Positions 8,824-19,982 are shown, numbered from the stretch's first letter. The stretch is DNA of 64,000 nucleotides from Alkalispirochaeta sp. (GCA_965242725.1 CBDESZ010000034.1:32001-96000), one strand, 5' to 3'. Program-made: numbers and translations. Notes: generated from the sequence alone by a model not told the origin.

Positions 8824-10260
8824 ATGGCAGAAAGAATTACGCCCCGTGACACAAATTACTCCGATTGGTACATCGACATCGTACTCCAGGCACAACTTGC
8901 GGATTACAGCCCCGTAAAGGGCAGCATGGTGATCCGTCCCAGGGGATACGCCCTCTGGGAACGCATCCAACGCGGGCTGGACGACATGTTCAAGGAGACG
9001 GGACACACCAATGCCTATTTTCCCCTTCTCATACCCGAAAGCTTCCTGAAAAAGGAAGCCGAACACATTGAAGGATTCGCTCCCGAGCTTGCCGTCGTGA
9101 CCCATGGAGGCGGCGAGGAGTTGGAAGAGCCCCTGGTCATTCGACCGACTTCGGAGACGATCATCTGGAGCATGTACAAGAAGTGGATACAGTCCTACCG
9201 TGACCTGCCGTTGCTCATCAATCAATGGGCCAACGTCATGCGATGGGAAAAACGGACCCGACTCTTCCTCAGGACAACAGAGTTCCTCTGGCAGGAAGGG
9301 CACACCGCACACGAGACTGAAAAGGAAGCACGTGAAGAAACGCTGCGAATGTTGGAGGTGTATAAGACGTTCGCGGAAGACTATATGGCGCTTCCCGTCC
9401 TCACCGGCGTGAAATCGGAATCCGAAAAGTTTGCCGGTGCGGTAAGCACGTACGCCATTGAGGCGATGATGCAGGACCGCAAGGCTCTCCAGGCGGGGAC
9501 TTCCCACTTTCTCGGCCAGAATTTCGCCAAAGCTTTCGATGTTCAGTTTCAGTCCCGGGAGAGCTCTCTCGAGTATGTCTGGGCGACCAGCTGGGGAGTC
9601 TCGACCCGTCTCATCGGTGCCCTGATCATGGCCCACTCCGACGACAAGGGGCTGGTCATTCCGCCGCGCCTTGCACCGACCGAGGTTGCCCTGGTGCCGA
9701 TTTTTCGTTCCAACAACAAAGAAGATGTCCTGCCGAAAGCGCAATCGTTATACGATGAACTGCGACGGGAATTTCGTATCGAACTCGACGACGACGAAAA
9801 CAATTCACCGGGCTGGAAGTTTGCCGAATGGGAACTACGGGGCGTCCCCGTCCGCATTGAGATGGGGCCCCGGGACATTCAGAACGGCCAGGTTGTTCTG
9901 GCGAGAAGGGACACCGGCGAGAAGGAAACAGTCTCCCTTGATCGGGTACGGGAGCGCATCCGGACACTGCTTGAGGAAATTCAATCGAGCCTTTTCACCC
10001 GTGCAAAGACTTTTCGCGAGGAGAATACGGTGCGGCCGGAGTCGTACGAGGAGTTTGTCTCATTCTTCAACGAAGGCGCCGGCGGATTTGCCGTCGCGCC
10101 GTGGGACGGAGATCCCGCAACGGAAGGGCGAATCAAAGAAGAGACAAAGGCGACCATACGGGTTCTGCCCTTCGGCAATGAAGAAGAAGCAAAGGGAAAG
10201 AGCTGCATCGCCAGCGGGAAGGCCGCAAAATACATGGCCGTTTTTGCAAAGAGTTACTAA
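8824..10260 (+). CDS. proS: Proline--tRNA ligase (archaeal/eukaryote-like type, no INS editing domain)
   Basis: [52 protein letters not shown]-terminal AKSY. Confidence 0.97.
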   Translation: MAERITPRDTNYSDWYIDIVLQAQLADYSPVKGSMVIRPRGYALWERIQRGLDDMFKETGHTNAYFPLLIPESFLKKEAEHIEGFAPELAVVTHGGGEELEEPLVIRPTSETIIWSMYKKWIQSYRDLPLLINQWANVMRWEKRTRLFLRTTEFLWQEGHTAHETEKEAREETLRMLEVYKTFAEDYMALPVLTGVKSESEKFAGAVSTYAIEAMMQDRKALQAGTSHFLGQNFAKAFDVQFQSRESSLEYVWATSWGVSTRLIGALIMAHSDDKGLVIPPRLAPTEVALVPIFRSNNKEDVLPKAQSLYDELRREFRIELDDDENNSPGWKFAEWELRGVPVRIEMGPRDIQNGQVVLARRDTGEKETVSLDRVRERIRTLLEEIQSSLFTRAKTFREENTVRPESYEEFVSFFNEGAGGFAVAPWDGDPATEGRIKEETKATIRVLPFGNEEEAKGKSCIASGKAAKYMAVFAKSY

Positions 10261-10320
10261 GAGAAATCCATTCACCCGATCCGACGGAAAACTCACGCCG
10301 GCGTGTGATATGCTGTCATC

Positions 10321-11052
10321 GTGAAGGTCACAACCTACCGGCCGGAGAGATTCCGGCCTCTTCCGCACCTGTGCTTCATCCTCGTGCTGATCGGCGGGGT
10401 CTCCCTGGAAGCACAGAACGCACGACAACCAACGCCAAATGTCTTTCTCACCGGCGGTCCTCTCTGGATGTACAACGGCTTTACCACCACTTCGGCGGGA
10501 GAGAGCGTGCAGGGAAGCGATGTGAGCCCTCTCAAGACGTCTCTCGGTGCGGGAGTCGAGGTTCCCCTGACGGCGGTCATTTCCGTTGAACCTGAAGGGT
10601 GGCTTTTCATGCAGGAGTACATCGCGCTGAAGGCGTATCCCAAGACGGTGCCCACCCAGATCGAGACGGGCGCAGCCGTCGGTGATATTGCATCGACCCT
10701 CGGCGTCGGGTTGTCTCTTCCCCTGACTTTTTCGTGGCAATCGACCCGGCTGGATCGCTGGTCCATCGGCGCTCGGGGCGGTGTCGGATTGGTCTTTCGA
10801 ATCCCCCTCTCCGGTATCGACGGAACCGATCCAGGCGCGGTAGGGCGGTACTGGATTACCGGGAGATTCGTCTATCCCCAGGTGGGAATTGCGATGGATT
10901 ATCGCCTTAACGACGACGTTCTGATCGGCGCCGTGTGTGACTGGTTGATCCCCCTGTACAACAGCTGGGACAGTGATGTTTCCACACCCTTCCTTGACGA
11001 GACGATGATCCGCGCAGGCGTACGCCTGCGTCTGACCAAAAGCGAACGGTAG
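10321..11052 (+). CDS. Hypothetical exported protein, probable outer-membrane beta-barrel
   Basis: Signal peptide; alternating amphipathic strands; C-terminal IRAGVRLRL. Confidence 0.6.
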   Translation: MKVTTYRPERFRPLPHLCFILVLIGGVSLEAQNARQPTPNVFLTGGPLWMYNGFTTTSAGESVQGSDVSPLKTSLGAGVEVPLTAVISVEPEGWLFMQEYIALKAYPKTVPTQIETGAAVGDIASTLGVGLSLPLTFSWQSTRLDRWSIGARGGVGLVFRIPLSGIDGTDPGAVGRYWITGRFVYPQVGIAMDYRLNDDVLIGAVCDWLIPLYNSWDSDVSTPFLDETMIRAGVRLRLTKSER

Positions 11053-11097
11053 GCACGGACCGAACTCTGAGAGTGCCGCACCGATGTCGTCGGCGCC

Positions 11098-12648
11098 CTA
11101 CTCCCCCGTCCACTCAACCTGATAGAGGTCCAGCCGGCGATCGCGGTAGTTGGTTACCTGTCCTTCGGCACGCAATTCCTTCAGTTTGTCCAGATCGAGA
11201 TCTACCAGCAGGGTCATTTCCGTATTTGGCGTGCTCTCAGCCATGATTGCGTCGTGGGGAAAGGAAAAATCGGATGGGGAGAAAACCGCGGACTGACTGT
11301 ACTGAATGTCCACATTGTCAACTCTGGGAAGGTTGCCCACGCTGCCTGTTATGGCCACGTAGCATTCGTTTTCGATCGCCCGTGACTGGGAGGTACGACG
11401 GACACGGAGATAACCGTTCTTTGTATCGGTCCAGAAGGGAACGAAGAGAATCTCCAGACCGCGATCACTCATTATTCTCGCTGGCTCGGGAAATTCGACG
11501 TCATAACAGATGAGAATTCCCACCTTTCCCGCGTCGGTATCAAAGACTCTCAGGGCGTTCCCTCCTTGAATGCCCCAGCTGATACGCTCCTGAGGAGTGA
11601 TATGGAGCTTGTACTGCCATTCAATGCGCCCGTCCCGGTGAAAGAGATATGCAACATTATACAGTTCACCGTCGTCCCACACGGGCATACTGCCCCCGAC
11701 GACGTTGATGTTGTAGGTGACGGCCATGTGAGAAATGGCGTCCCGCAACGCCGGAGTGTACTCCGCGAGGCCGCGCACGGCGGAAATGCTTGTCTCCTGA
11801 TCCGTCAGTTCCATGAGGGGGGCGTTGAAGAACTCGGGAAAGACACAAAAATCACCCTGGTAGTCCGAAATCGCATCGATGAAAAATTCGACCTGCTCGA
11901 GGAGATCCTCCAGGGACGACACCTTTCGCATCTGCCACTGTACGAGTCCGACACGGACATGTCGCTTCGGCGCGGTAACCGCAGACTGCTGCCTTCTCTG
12001 GTAGTATATATTCACCCACTCAAGGAGCGTGGCGTTACCACGGGACTTCCGGTCCTCCGGGATGTAATCCTCCAGAACCCGCTTTACCTGAAAATCGTTG
12101 TTCAGCTGAAATGTCAAAATGGGATCGTATATGTCCCGTCGCTTCACCCGCTCGATATACTCGTGAGGCGAAAACTCCGATGCATGCTTGTAATAACCTG
12201 GTATTCGACCGCCCGCGATAATCGCCCGGAAATTGAGCTCCCGACAGAGTTCTTTTCGGGCGTCATAGAGACGACGACCCAGACGGAAACCGCGGTATTC
12301 GGGATCAACGAAAATGTCCAGACCGTACATGGCGTCCCCGTCGGGGTGGTGTACGACGGCGTCATTGCCTTCCAGCAGTTCGTCATAGGTGTGGGCATTT
12401 GAGAATGCGGCGTAGTCGACTCGCACGGTGAGGGCAACGGCAACGATGACTCCGTTGTCCTCGATACCGAACTGCGCTTCCGGGAAGCGACGCAGGAGAC
12501 TTGCAATGACTTTCTTGGGCCACGCGCCGTCAAGGTCCACGTAGACCTTGTCCATGAGCGTCTTGATCTGGGGATAATCCTCCATGTGCAGATTGCGCAA
12601 CTGAAGATGGTGGAGATCGTTGGTTCCGTCGTGTGTTTCGTTGTTCAT
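11098..12648 (-). CDS. Bifunctional GNAT acetyltransferase / carbon-nitrogen hydrolase
   Basis: GNAT motif VDPEYRGFRLGRRLY; nitrilase-fold triad FPE / YKLH / ICYD. Confidence 0.92.
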   Translation of the reverse strand: MNNETHDGTNDLHHLQLRNLHMEDYPQIKTLMDKVYVDLDGAWPKKVIASLLRRFPEAQFGIEDNGVIVAVALTVRVDYAAFSNAHTYDELLEGNDAVVHHPDGDAMYGLDIFVDPEYRGFRLGRRLYDARKELCRELNFRAIIAGGRIPGYYKHASEFSPHEYIERVKRRDIYDPILTFQLNNDFQVKRVLEDYIPEDRKSRGNATLLEWVNIYYQRRQQSAVTAPKRHVRVGLVQWQMRKVSSLEDLLEQVEFFIDAISDYQGDFCVFPEFFNAPLMELTDQETSISAVRGLAEYTPALRDAISHMAVTYNINVVGGSMPVWDDGELYNVAYLFHRDGRIEWQYKLHITPQERISWGIQGGNALRVFDTDAGKVGILICYDVEFPEPARIMSDRGLEILFVPFWTDTKNGYLRVRRTSQSRAIENECYVAITGSVGNLPRVDNVDIQYSQSAVFSPSDFSFPHDAIMAESTPNTEMTLLVDLDLDKLKELRAEGQVTNYRDRRLDLYQVEWTGE

Positions 12649-12696
12649 ACGGTCTTTGACCGTACCACGTTTTCAAGGGTATCTTACAGAGAAACT

Positions 12697-13782
12697 ATGA
12701 CTATTTCACAAATATTCTTACGCGTCGCCGGTGAGCGGGCCGCGGGAGCCGTGTCCTATTTCGACGGATCAAATCTGCATATTTCCGCCGCCGGTATCGG
12801 TCCGGGAACATATGAGGAACGGGCCTTTGTCACCATGTCCCGGGAACGGCTGGATCACGCCGCCCGCTCCGACGATCCCCTCTCGGAAATCCTGCACGAT
12901 CCCGACGGCGGCTCGGGTTTGCTTCCTCCGGGGATAGAGACACTCCTCCATTACCTCATGCCGCAGAGCTACGTCGTCCACGTGCGTTCACCGCAGATTG
13001 CGGGTCTTCTGGCGGGCACGGAGGGGGAGCGCCACGTATCCGCCCTGTTTGGCGGGGACGCTCTCTGGGTCGCGACGACACCGCCCACCAATGAGCTCTT
13101 TCACACCGTCAAAGCGGCGATTTCAGCGTCTGAAAAGACAGACCCGCCGTGCCCGTACCTTTTTATGCAGAATCACGGACTCCTCGTCGGCGCCGATTCG
13201 CCGGAAGGTATCGAAAGAGCGTGCCGGAAGGTGGAGGAAGCCGTTCATGCGGCGATCGGACGTCACCCGCGCCTTTCGCCAATGCGTCGCGACACCCATG
13301 ACCTCATGGAATTCAACGAGGCGGTTCGGCGCGCCTTCGCGGACACCCGTGCCGCCCACGGTTTCGCGTTGAATGCCCCCGTGACGACGGCATGCGCCAA
13401 TCCGGAAATTGACCTGCGCGCCGAATCGGAGGAACGTTTTCGCCCCGTTTCACGCGCCCTTCTCGGCAGGTACGCGTCACACCTCGGCCGGGCGCTCTGT
13501 TTTGTCCCCCGGCACAGCGACCTTACATCCCCCCAGGCGCTCCTGGCCGACGTGCTTCACAGCATTCACGATTTTTCAGATTCCCATGACGCTGCACCGC
13601 GGGTCGTCGTCATTCAGGGCGGCGGGGCGGTCATCGTAGGAGACACGGAAGAAGAACTTGCCAAGTTGTGTTCGGCCTTTTCCGCGACGCTGGAAACGGC
13701 GTGTTACGCTGAGAGCTTTGGTGGCGCCGGCGGACTCTCAGATCAGTACTTTGAAGCCCTGATCGAAGCGTCCGGACGATAG
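12697..13782 (+). CDS. Class II aldolase/adducin-like protein (divergent)
   Basis: IETLLH, YVVH, FMQNHGLLVGAD motifs; duplicated degenerate second half. Confidence 0.65.
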   Translation: MTISQIFLRVAGERAAGAVSYFDGSNLHISAAGIGPGTYEERAFVTMSRERLDHAARSDDPLSEILHDPDGGSGLLPPGIETLLHYLMPQSYVVHVRSPQIAGLLAGTEGERHVSALFGGDALWVATTPPTNELFHTVKAAISASEKTDPPCPYLFMQNHGLLVGADSPEGIERACRKVEEAVHAAIGRHPRLSPMRRDTHDLMEFNEAVRRAFADTRAAHGFALNAPVTTACANPEIDLRAESEERFRPVSRALLGRYASHLGRALCFVPRHSDLTSPQALLADVLHSIHDFSDSHDAAPRVVVIQGGGAVIVGDTEEELAKLCSAFSATLETACYAESFGGAGGLSDQYFEALIEASGR

Positions 13783-13814
13783 AGCGATTCCCGTCGATCC
13801 AAGATTGCCGGCTA

Positions 13815-15076
13815 TTACGACGAGCGCCTGGTAAGACGCCCCGATCTGATCTGATTTCTTCCGTTTTTCTTGGCGGAGTACAGTGCTTTGTCCGCGGCCT
13901 TGAGAACAGCCTCAAGGGGCTGGCCTGTATCGGTGCGAACGGCAAAGCCGATGCTGCAGGTGACGGGAATGTTTTTCCCCCTGTGAACCACCGGCTTCTG
14001 CTCCAGCCCAGGCGTACCCGTTCCAGAAGAGGACGGGCCCGCTTGTGGTCATAGCGTGGAATGATGACAAAGAGCTCTTCTCCGCCGAAGCGGCCTACCA
14101 TTCCGTCGGGTACGATTTTCGCCCTGATGCGCTGCGCCGCGTCCCTGAGCACCGCATCTCCCGCGTCATGACCGTATGTGTCGTTGACCTTCTTGAAATG
14201 GTCAAGATCAATGAGCGCGATGGCGCAGGGCGGTCGGGTATCAAGGGCACTCTGGTCCCGAAGGACACGCTCACACCACTCCCGGTTATAGATCCGAAGG
14301 AGCGGGTCGTAGGAGGCGCGGTTTTCGAGGCGCCGAAACCAGTGAATCAACGTCCCGGCGGCGACGGGAAACGGCAGCGCCGTCATCACGATACCGTGAA
14401 GGACCGGATCGTTTTCCGCGAGGAGCCACCCCAGGGAGAGAAGCACGACCGAACCGGCGTGAATGCCGCCTATCCCGAGGCTGTGGGACTCCGTGAAGAG
14501 GGAGAGAAATATCACCGCCGCCGCAACACTGCTTAACCCCCAGAACGCCGTCGACTGAAAGTTACCCGCCCGGGCCAGCTGAAGTGCCAGAAAACGGCGG
14601 AGTACCGGTACGGATATCCCGACGACAAACCATACGACGATGATCCCCACGATTACCACCGTCATTCTCCGGGTGAAATGGTACCCCAGGTATTCAGGCA
14701 CGATGACGGTAATGAGAAATACAAAGAGAAAAGAGAGATAGGCAAGCAAGACGGTGGCTGAGAAATACTCCCCGGGATCGCCGGTGCCGATATTCGGCAA
14801 CAGCATGAAAAAGATAATCGATACCACGCTCGTTACGGCCACGCCCAACCCCATGGCGTAGACCTTGAAATTGTGGACCCGGGGGTATGACGCGTATCCG
14901 AACCACCCGGCGGACAGCGCGCCGACCGCTCCGACGAGGTAAAAGAGCCGTTCCCTGAGAATCGTCTCGGCGGTGAAATCCATCCTCTGCCGCAGAGAAA
15001 TGACGAACACCGTCAAAATCAGCGCAATGACGAATTGCAGGAATCCCCAAGTGTTCCGTTCGTGTTGAAGTGCCAT
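13815..15076 (-). pseudogene. Membrane-anchored GGDEF diguanylate cyclase with 1-nt frameshift near the C-terminus
   Basis: 7-8 TMs, DLDHFKKVNDTYGHDAGD, RFGGEEL. The conserved tail (VTCSIG...AADKALYSAKKNGRNQI, stop 13815) continues in another frame after about 14007. Confidence 0.85.
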
Positions 15077-15098
15077 CACTGTCTCCGCGTTTCGGCGA

Positions 15099-16394
15099 TC
15101 ACCCTGCCCGGTGACGCCAGATATTTTTTACCTCGTGGGCGATAATTTCTATGCCCCGTTTTACGTCTTCCGGCTCCTGGCCGTAGTTAATGCGAATACA
15201 TTCCCCCTTGTGTCTCCACTGCGCGATTTCTTCATTTCCGAAAAAGAAGTATTCGCCGGGTACGACAAGAACGTCCCGCTTTTTCAGCCGTTCATAGAGC
15301 TGCACCGTTGGGACGGGAAGATCGGGCATCCACAACCACAGGAAGATGGATCCCTCCAGTCGGTGAATCGAATACGGCACATCATCGCCGAAGGAGTCGG
15401 CGACGTGGCACTGCGCATTGTACGCTCGTTTCCGGTAAAACGGCAGGATCGTATCCCTGGAGAGGCTGATGATCGACCGATCCCTGACCATCGGCTCGAC
15501 GATATATTGACCGACCGTCGCATTTGCCAGACTGATCACCGCATTCGCCCTGGACAGGGCGGTGATAATTTCCTCCGAGGCTACAATGATGCCGGTACGG
15601 GTGCCGGGCAATCCGATCTTGGAAAGGCTCATTCCGAGAACGGTGTTCTCGTTCCACATCGGCTGGGCGCCACCCTCCACCACGTCGTCAAAAATAATGT
15701 GAGGAAATGGCATTCCGTAGGCGTTGTCGATAAGTAACGGCACGTTGTAACGCCGTGCCAGTTGATCGAGCCTGGCGACCTCGTCATCGGTAAGGACGTT
15801 GCCCGACGGGTTTGTCGGTCGGGAGACGCATATCGCGCCTATGCCGGCTCTTCCGTCGCGACCGCTTTCTGCAAGCACCCGTTCCACCGCCTCAAAATCG
15901 ACGTGGTATTTGTGGGTATGTTCATCGAGACGTTCGATTCTCGGCTTTACGGCGACCAGAGTGTCCGGATCTATGCCCTGGTCGGCATATCCGATGTATT
16001 CCGGCAGGAGCGGAAAGAGAATTCTTTCGGGTCCGCTGAACATGTTCAGAAGCATGAAAAAGGCCGTCTGACTGCCGTTGGTAATGGCGATATTTTCGGG
16101 TCCGACGCTCCACTGATACTCACTCTGAAACATATCCGCCAGGGCCGCCAGAAAGCTGGGCTGCCCCTGGGGGGTATCATAGCGACCGAGCATCTGTTCG
16201 ATTCCGCGCTCGTCCACCAGAAGATCCTGCAACCGTCTTCGCCACACAGCTTCCATCGCGGGAATCGATGCGGGATTTCCGCCACCGAGCATGTATTTTT
16301 TTTCGCTCCCCGCCAGGGCGCGTCCCATGTCATCCATGAGATCCATGATTCCCGTATGACCGGAAAACTTCTCGCCGAATCGTGACAGTCGCAT
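15099..16394 (-). CDS. avtA: Valine--pyruvate transaminase
   Basis: MLGGGNP, TNGSQTAFF, SRPTNPSGN, DNAYG, SLSKIGLPGTRTGI, VPGEYFF; true start MRLSRFGEKF at 16394. Confidence 0.9.
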   Translation of the reverse strand: MRLSRFGEKFSGHTGIMDLMDDMGRALAGSEKKYMLGGGNPASIPAMEAVWRRRLQDLLVDERGIEQMLGRYDTPQGQPSFLAALADMFQSEYQWSVGPENIAITNGSQTAFFMLLNMFSGPERILFPLLPEYIGYADQGIDPDTLVAVKPRIERLDEHTHKYHVDFEAVERVLAESGRDGRAGIGAICVSRPTNPSGNVLTDDEVARLDQLARRYNVPLLIDNAYGMPFPHIIFDDVVEGGAQPMWNENTVLGMSLSKIGLPGTRTGIIVASEEIITALSRANAVISLANATVGQYIVEPMVRDRSIISLSRDTILPFYRKRAYNAQCHVADSFGDDVPYSIHRLEGSIFLWLWMPDLPVPTVQLYERLKKRDVLVVPGEYFFFGNEEIAQWRHKGECIRINYGQEPEDVKRGIEIIAHEVKNIWRHRAG

Positions 16395-16463
16395 ATGTCG
16401 TGAGTATATCCGATGAATGACGACGTTGAAACTGCCGTCTGAAGCGGTGTAGCCTGCCCAATC

Positions 16464-17642
16464 ATGGCAAACATCAAAACCTACAACAAGATCGCCCCCG
16501 AAGGGATCGCCATTCTCACCGACCGCGGTCACACAGTCGGCCCTGACGTGGATAATCCGGAGGGCATCCTCGTGCGAAGCGCCTCGCTTCAGGATGTACC
16601 GTTCTCCTCCCGTCTCGCCGCGATCGCAAGAGCCGGCGCCGGTGTGAACAACATCCCCGTCGAACGTTGTACACAATCGGGTATCGTGGTCTTCAACACC
16701 CCCGGATCCAACGCAAACAGCGTCAAGGAACTGGTCATTGCCGGTTTGATGATATCCAGTCGCAGAATTATCGAAGGGTGCACGTGGGTCGGCGGCCTCG
16801 ATCCCCGCTCCGTCGATATCGCGAAAGAGGTGGAACAGAACAAGAATTCCTTTGTCGGTCCCGAACTGGCAGGAAAAAAACTTGGTGTTGTAGGTTTGGG
16901 AAAGATAGGCGTCATGGTTGCCAACGCCGGGGAGGCGCTGGAAATGTCCGTCATGGGTTACGATCCCTACCTCTCCGTTGAAAATGCGTGGGGCCTCTCC
17001 CGTTCGGTGTCCCGTGCGGAAAGCCTGGAACACCTCCTCAATGAAGTTGACTACCTGACGCTCCACGCACCGCTGAACGACGGCACGCGGCACATGATCA
17101 ATAAGAACACTCTCAAACGGGCAAAAACGGGTATCCGTATCCTCAACTTCGCCCGGGGCGCCCTGGTTGATACCGCGGCGGTCGTTGAGGCGCTGCACGG
17201 AGGAAGAGTGAGCCGATATGTGACCGATTTTCCCGAGCCTGAGATCATCGGTGTACCCGGCGTCATCGCCATACCCCATCTCGGTGCGTCCACACCCGAG
17301 GCGGAAACAAACTCGGCAGTGATGGCGGCTCGACAGCTCGCGAATTACCTCGAGATGGGAGATATCCGCAACTCCGTCAATTATCCCACCTGCGAAATGA
17401 ACCTGGAAACGGAATCGCGTCTCCTCGTGTCAAACAGAAACGTTCCCAACATGGTGGGGCAGATTACCACCGTACTCGCAAGCGCCGGCATCAACATCGC
17501 CGATATGCTCAACCGTCATCGGGGCGACGTGGCATACAACATCATCGATACGGATACCCCCGTTCCCGACGGCGTGATCGACCAACTTCGGGAGATAGAC
17601 GGCATTATCCGTATCAGAACCGTCGAGAGGAAGCGCTCATGA
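16464..17642 (+). CDS. serA: D-3-phosphoglycerate dehydrogenase with C-terminal ACT domain
   Basis: [30 protein letters not shown] ([11 protein letters not shown]). Confidence 0.92.
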   Translation: MANIKTYNKIAPEGIAILTDRGHTVGPDVDNPEGILVRSASLQDVPFSSRLAAIARAGAGVNNIPVERCTQSGIVVFNTPGSNANSVKELVIAGLMISSRRIIEGCTWVGGLDPRSVDIAKEVEQNKNSFVGPELAGKKLGVVGLGKIGVMVANAGEALEMSVMGYDPYLSVENAWGLSRSVSRAESLEHLLNEVDYLTLHAPLNDGTRHMINKNTLKRAKTGIRILNFARGALVDTAAVVEALHGGRVSRYVTDFPEPEIIGVPGVIAIPHLGASTPEAETNSAVMAARQLANYLEMGDIRNSVNYPTCEMNLETESRLLVSNRNVPNMVGQITTVLASAGINIADMLNRHRGDVAYNIIDTDTPVPDGVIDQLREIDGIIRIRTVERKRS

Positions 17643-18700
17643 AATTTTCCATCAGGACGGGACTGCGTATCTTCCTTGCCGCGGTTCTCATCACGGGAGT
17701 GACCTTCATCGCCGTCGGACAGGAATCCTCCGTCACCCCCGACACGCCGGGTTTGTACGCGGAAATAACGACCTCCCGCACCATTTCGGGGGAGAATACG
17801 ATACTCCTGCGTCTCTTCTACAAGCGCGCTCCGATGACGGTGATCAATTTCGTCGGTCTTGCAGAGGGGACGATCCAACACAACCGGAGGCCGGGCACCC
17901 CCTTCTACGACGGCCTCACCTTTCACCGCGTCATCGACGACTTCATGATCCAGGGCGGAGATCCCGAGGGGACCGGTCGCGGCGGACCGGGATACCGCTT
18001 TCCCGATGAAATTCATCCTGAACTGCGCCATGACCGCCCGGGTATACTGTCTATGGCAAATGCCGGGCCCGATACCAACGGCAGCCAGTTTTTTATCACC
18101 CACGGTCCCACTCCGTGGCTTGACGGGAAACACGCCGTATTCGGCGAGGTTGTTTCCGGACAGGCGGTAGTGAACGCAATTCGACAGGGGGATCGCATCG
18201 AAAGGGTGCGCATTCTTCGCGTCGGTGAGGATGCCCGGGCATTTCAGACTGATCAGGACGCCTTTGAAAGGGCCCGGGTCGCCGCCACCGAGGAGGCGGC
18301 TCGCAGGGACGCGGCACGTCGCGAGGCGGCTGTTGGGCAGATTCGCCGCCAGTTCCCCGACGCCGAACGTGGCGAAACCGGTATCTGGACCCGCATCGAC
18401 AGATCGGGGCGCGGAAGGCGTCCGCGTCCCGGATCCACCGTTACCGTGCACTACACAGGAAAGCTCCTCTCAGGACAGGTGTTCGATTCAAGTCGGCAGC
18501 GGGGACCCTTCTCGTTCCCCCTTGGGGCGGGACGGGTCATACGGGGATGGGATCTCGTTGTTGCGGACATGCGTGAGGGAGAACGGCGGACCGTCATACT
18601 CCCCCCGGAACTTGCCTACGGTGACCGCGGCGCCGGCGGCGTTATTCCCCCGGGAGCGCATCTGATCTTCGAAATCGAGCTGCTGGACGCCGGCGAGTAG
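17639..18700 (+). CDS. Exported cyclophilin-FKBP dual-domain peptidyl-prolyl isomerase
   Basis: Signal peptide; [32 protein letters not shown]; then VHYTG..FDSS..VIRGWD..LAYG..LIFEIEL. Confidence 0.93.
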   Translation: MKFSIRTGLRIFLAAVLITGVTFIAVGQESSVTPDTPGLYAEITTSRTISGENTILLRLFYKRAPMTVINFVGLAEGTIQHNRRPGTPFYDGLTFHRVIDDFMIQGGDPEGTGRGGPGYRFPDEIHPELRHDRPGILSMANAGPDTNGSQFFITHGPTPWLDGKHAVFGEVVSGQAVVNAIRQGDRIERVRILRVGEDARAFQTDQDAFERARVAATEEAARRDAARREAAVGQIRRQFPDAERGETGIWTRIDRSGRGRRPRPGSTVTVHYTGKLLSGQVFDSSRQRGPFSFPLGAGRVIRGWDLVVADMREGERRTVILPPELAYGDRGAGGVIPPGAHLIFEIELLDAGE

Positions 18701-18806
18701 GACCGGGCGGCGCTGCATCGCTTACGCGGCGCCGGCCGGGCGACGCCGGCGAGGCAGCTCCAGTTTACCCCGCTTCAGTTTACCCACGCCGGTTACGCCG
18801 CGCCGG

Positions 18807-19982
18807 TCAGGAGAGCTCGTCCCATGCGGAGCGCAGGTCCTCCAGATAGCGGGAAATCTCCTTGCTCCTGTTGCGCAGCTCTCCGACGGCTTCATCGTTA
18901 CCGGCGGTCTGACTGCTCCTCGTCCGAGCCACATCGATCTTGAGCTGATTGAGCGCCTGCAACGCACCGGCGACGCGGAGACGAAGTATCTCCTGTTCCG
19001 AAGAGAGCTCGTCATGTGATTTCAACTGATGATCGATCTGTTCCATTCGACGCCGATACTCCTCTTTGAGTCGGTCGTCGGTAGCGGAGTTCAGTTGGCG
19101 TTGAAGGTGTAATTGATCCCTTCGTAGTTCCTCCAGAGGAATGGAACGAAGCAGCTCGCCGACCTCTTCATATGTCGTGTTCAGCGATTCAATCTGGGCG
19201 ATGTATTGATCCAGTACCGATGTAATGTCGCTCCCGAGGGCGCCGGCGACTTCGGGATACTTCTTCACGTCACCGAGAATCGCAGCCTTGAAGGAGCGCG
19301 CTTCCCGGACGGGGTCGGCACCGGTTGCGACCTTTTCCAGACCGTTCCGCTTCCAGCCGACGGGACCATCCAGATGAAAGCCTGACTCGGCGAGGCGGGT
19401 CGTGAGCTCCCGTTCCTGACTGCGATACCGGCCGAAATGGTGAAAGATGCCGACGGCGATGAACCCGGAAGGGATAAACGCCCAGGGAAAACCTCCGCCG
19501 GTCACGACGTTGGTCATCACCAGGAGGGCAATGACCATTCCGTTGCTGCTCAGATGGCCCCACCACCGGCGGCGTACCTTCCACAACTCCCGATGTATAC
19601 GCAACTGCTGCCGTGTCGGTTTGCGTGCCGCCGTCACTTCCCGGTATTCCGCCTCCCTGACGCGTACGGTTGCGCGGTGGGACACATATCCGATGCCCCA
19701 TCCGAAGAGGGGAAAGAGAAACCACGGAAACCCGGCGCCTGTAATCGCCCAGATACCGGTGATAACCGCATTAACCCCGAGAAATGCCGAGGTATGACCC
19801 GCCAGTCCGGACCGTTCCGAGGCGATCCGCCGGGAAAAGGCTTCCCGATAGCTGACGGCAAGCTCTTCATCGGTCAGCTCCCGCCGCTGGAGGAGCTTTT
19901 TCAGACCACCGCCGAGGGAGGTGAGCAGATCCTGTGCGCCGTCCCGGAGCTCATGCTCCATCCGGGATTTCCAGTCGTCCAT
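18807..19982 (-). CDS. Membrane protein with two 2TM domains and a C-terminal coiled coil
   Basis: Two repeats of H..F..VN...FPW.....GWG/GF...H; long helical Glu/Arg/Leu-rich C-terminus. Confidence 0.75.
   Translation of the reverse strand: MDDWKSRMEHELRDGAQDLLTSLGGGLKKLLQRRELTDEELAVSYREAFSRRIASERSGLAGHTSAFLGVNAVITGIWAITGAGFPWFLFPLFGWGIGYVSHRATVRVREAEYREVTAARKPTRQQLRIHRELWKVRRRWWGHLSSNGMVIALLVMTNVVTGGGFPWAFIPSGFIAVGIFHHFGRYRSQERELTTRLAESGFHLDGPVGWKRNGLEKVATGADPVREARSFKAAILGDVKKYPEVAGALGSDITSVLDQYIAQIESLNTTYEEVGELLRSIPLEELRRDQLHLQRQLNSATDDRLKEEYRRRMEQIDHQLKSHDELSSEQEILRLRVAGALQALNQLKIDVARTRSSQTAGNDEAVGELRNRSKEISRYLEDLRSAWDELS

Noticed and set aside
13631..13814. Long C-terminal tail of the GGDEF ORF overlapping the aldolase-like gene
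   Set aside because: It is a product of the frameshift at about 14007; the natural stop is at 13815.
16395..17279. 726-aa ORF suggesting a large N-terminal fusion on AvtA
   Set aside because: The extension is just the stop-free antisense frame of serA. AvtA homology begins at ATG 16394, which has its own -10 box.
18701..18806. GC-rich gap with CAGTTTACCC repeated twice, considered as CRISPR or REP
   Set aside because: Only two 10-bp copies, with no spacers or cas genes, and I noticed no further copies in the window.
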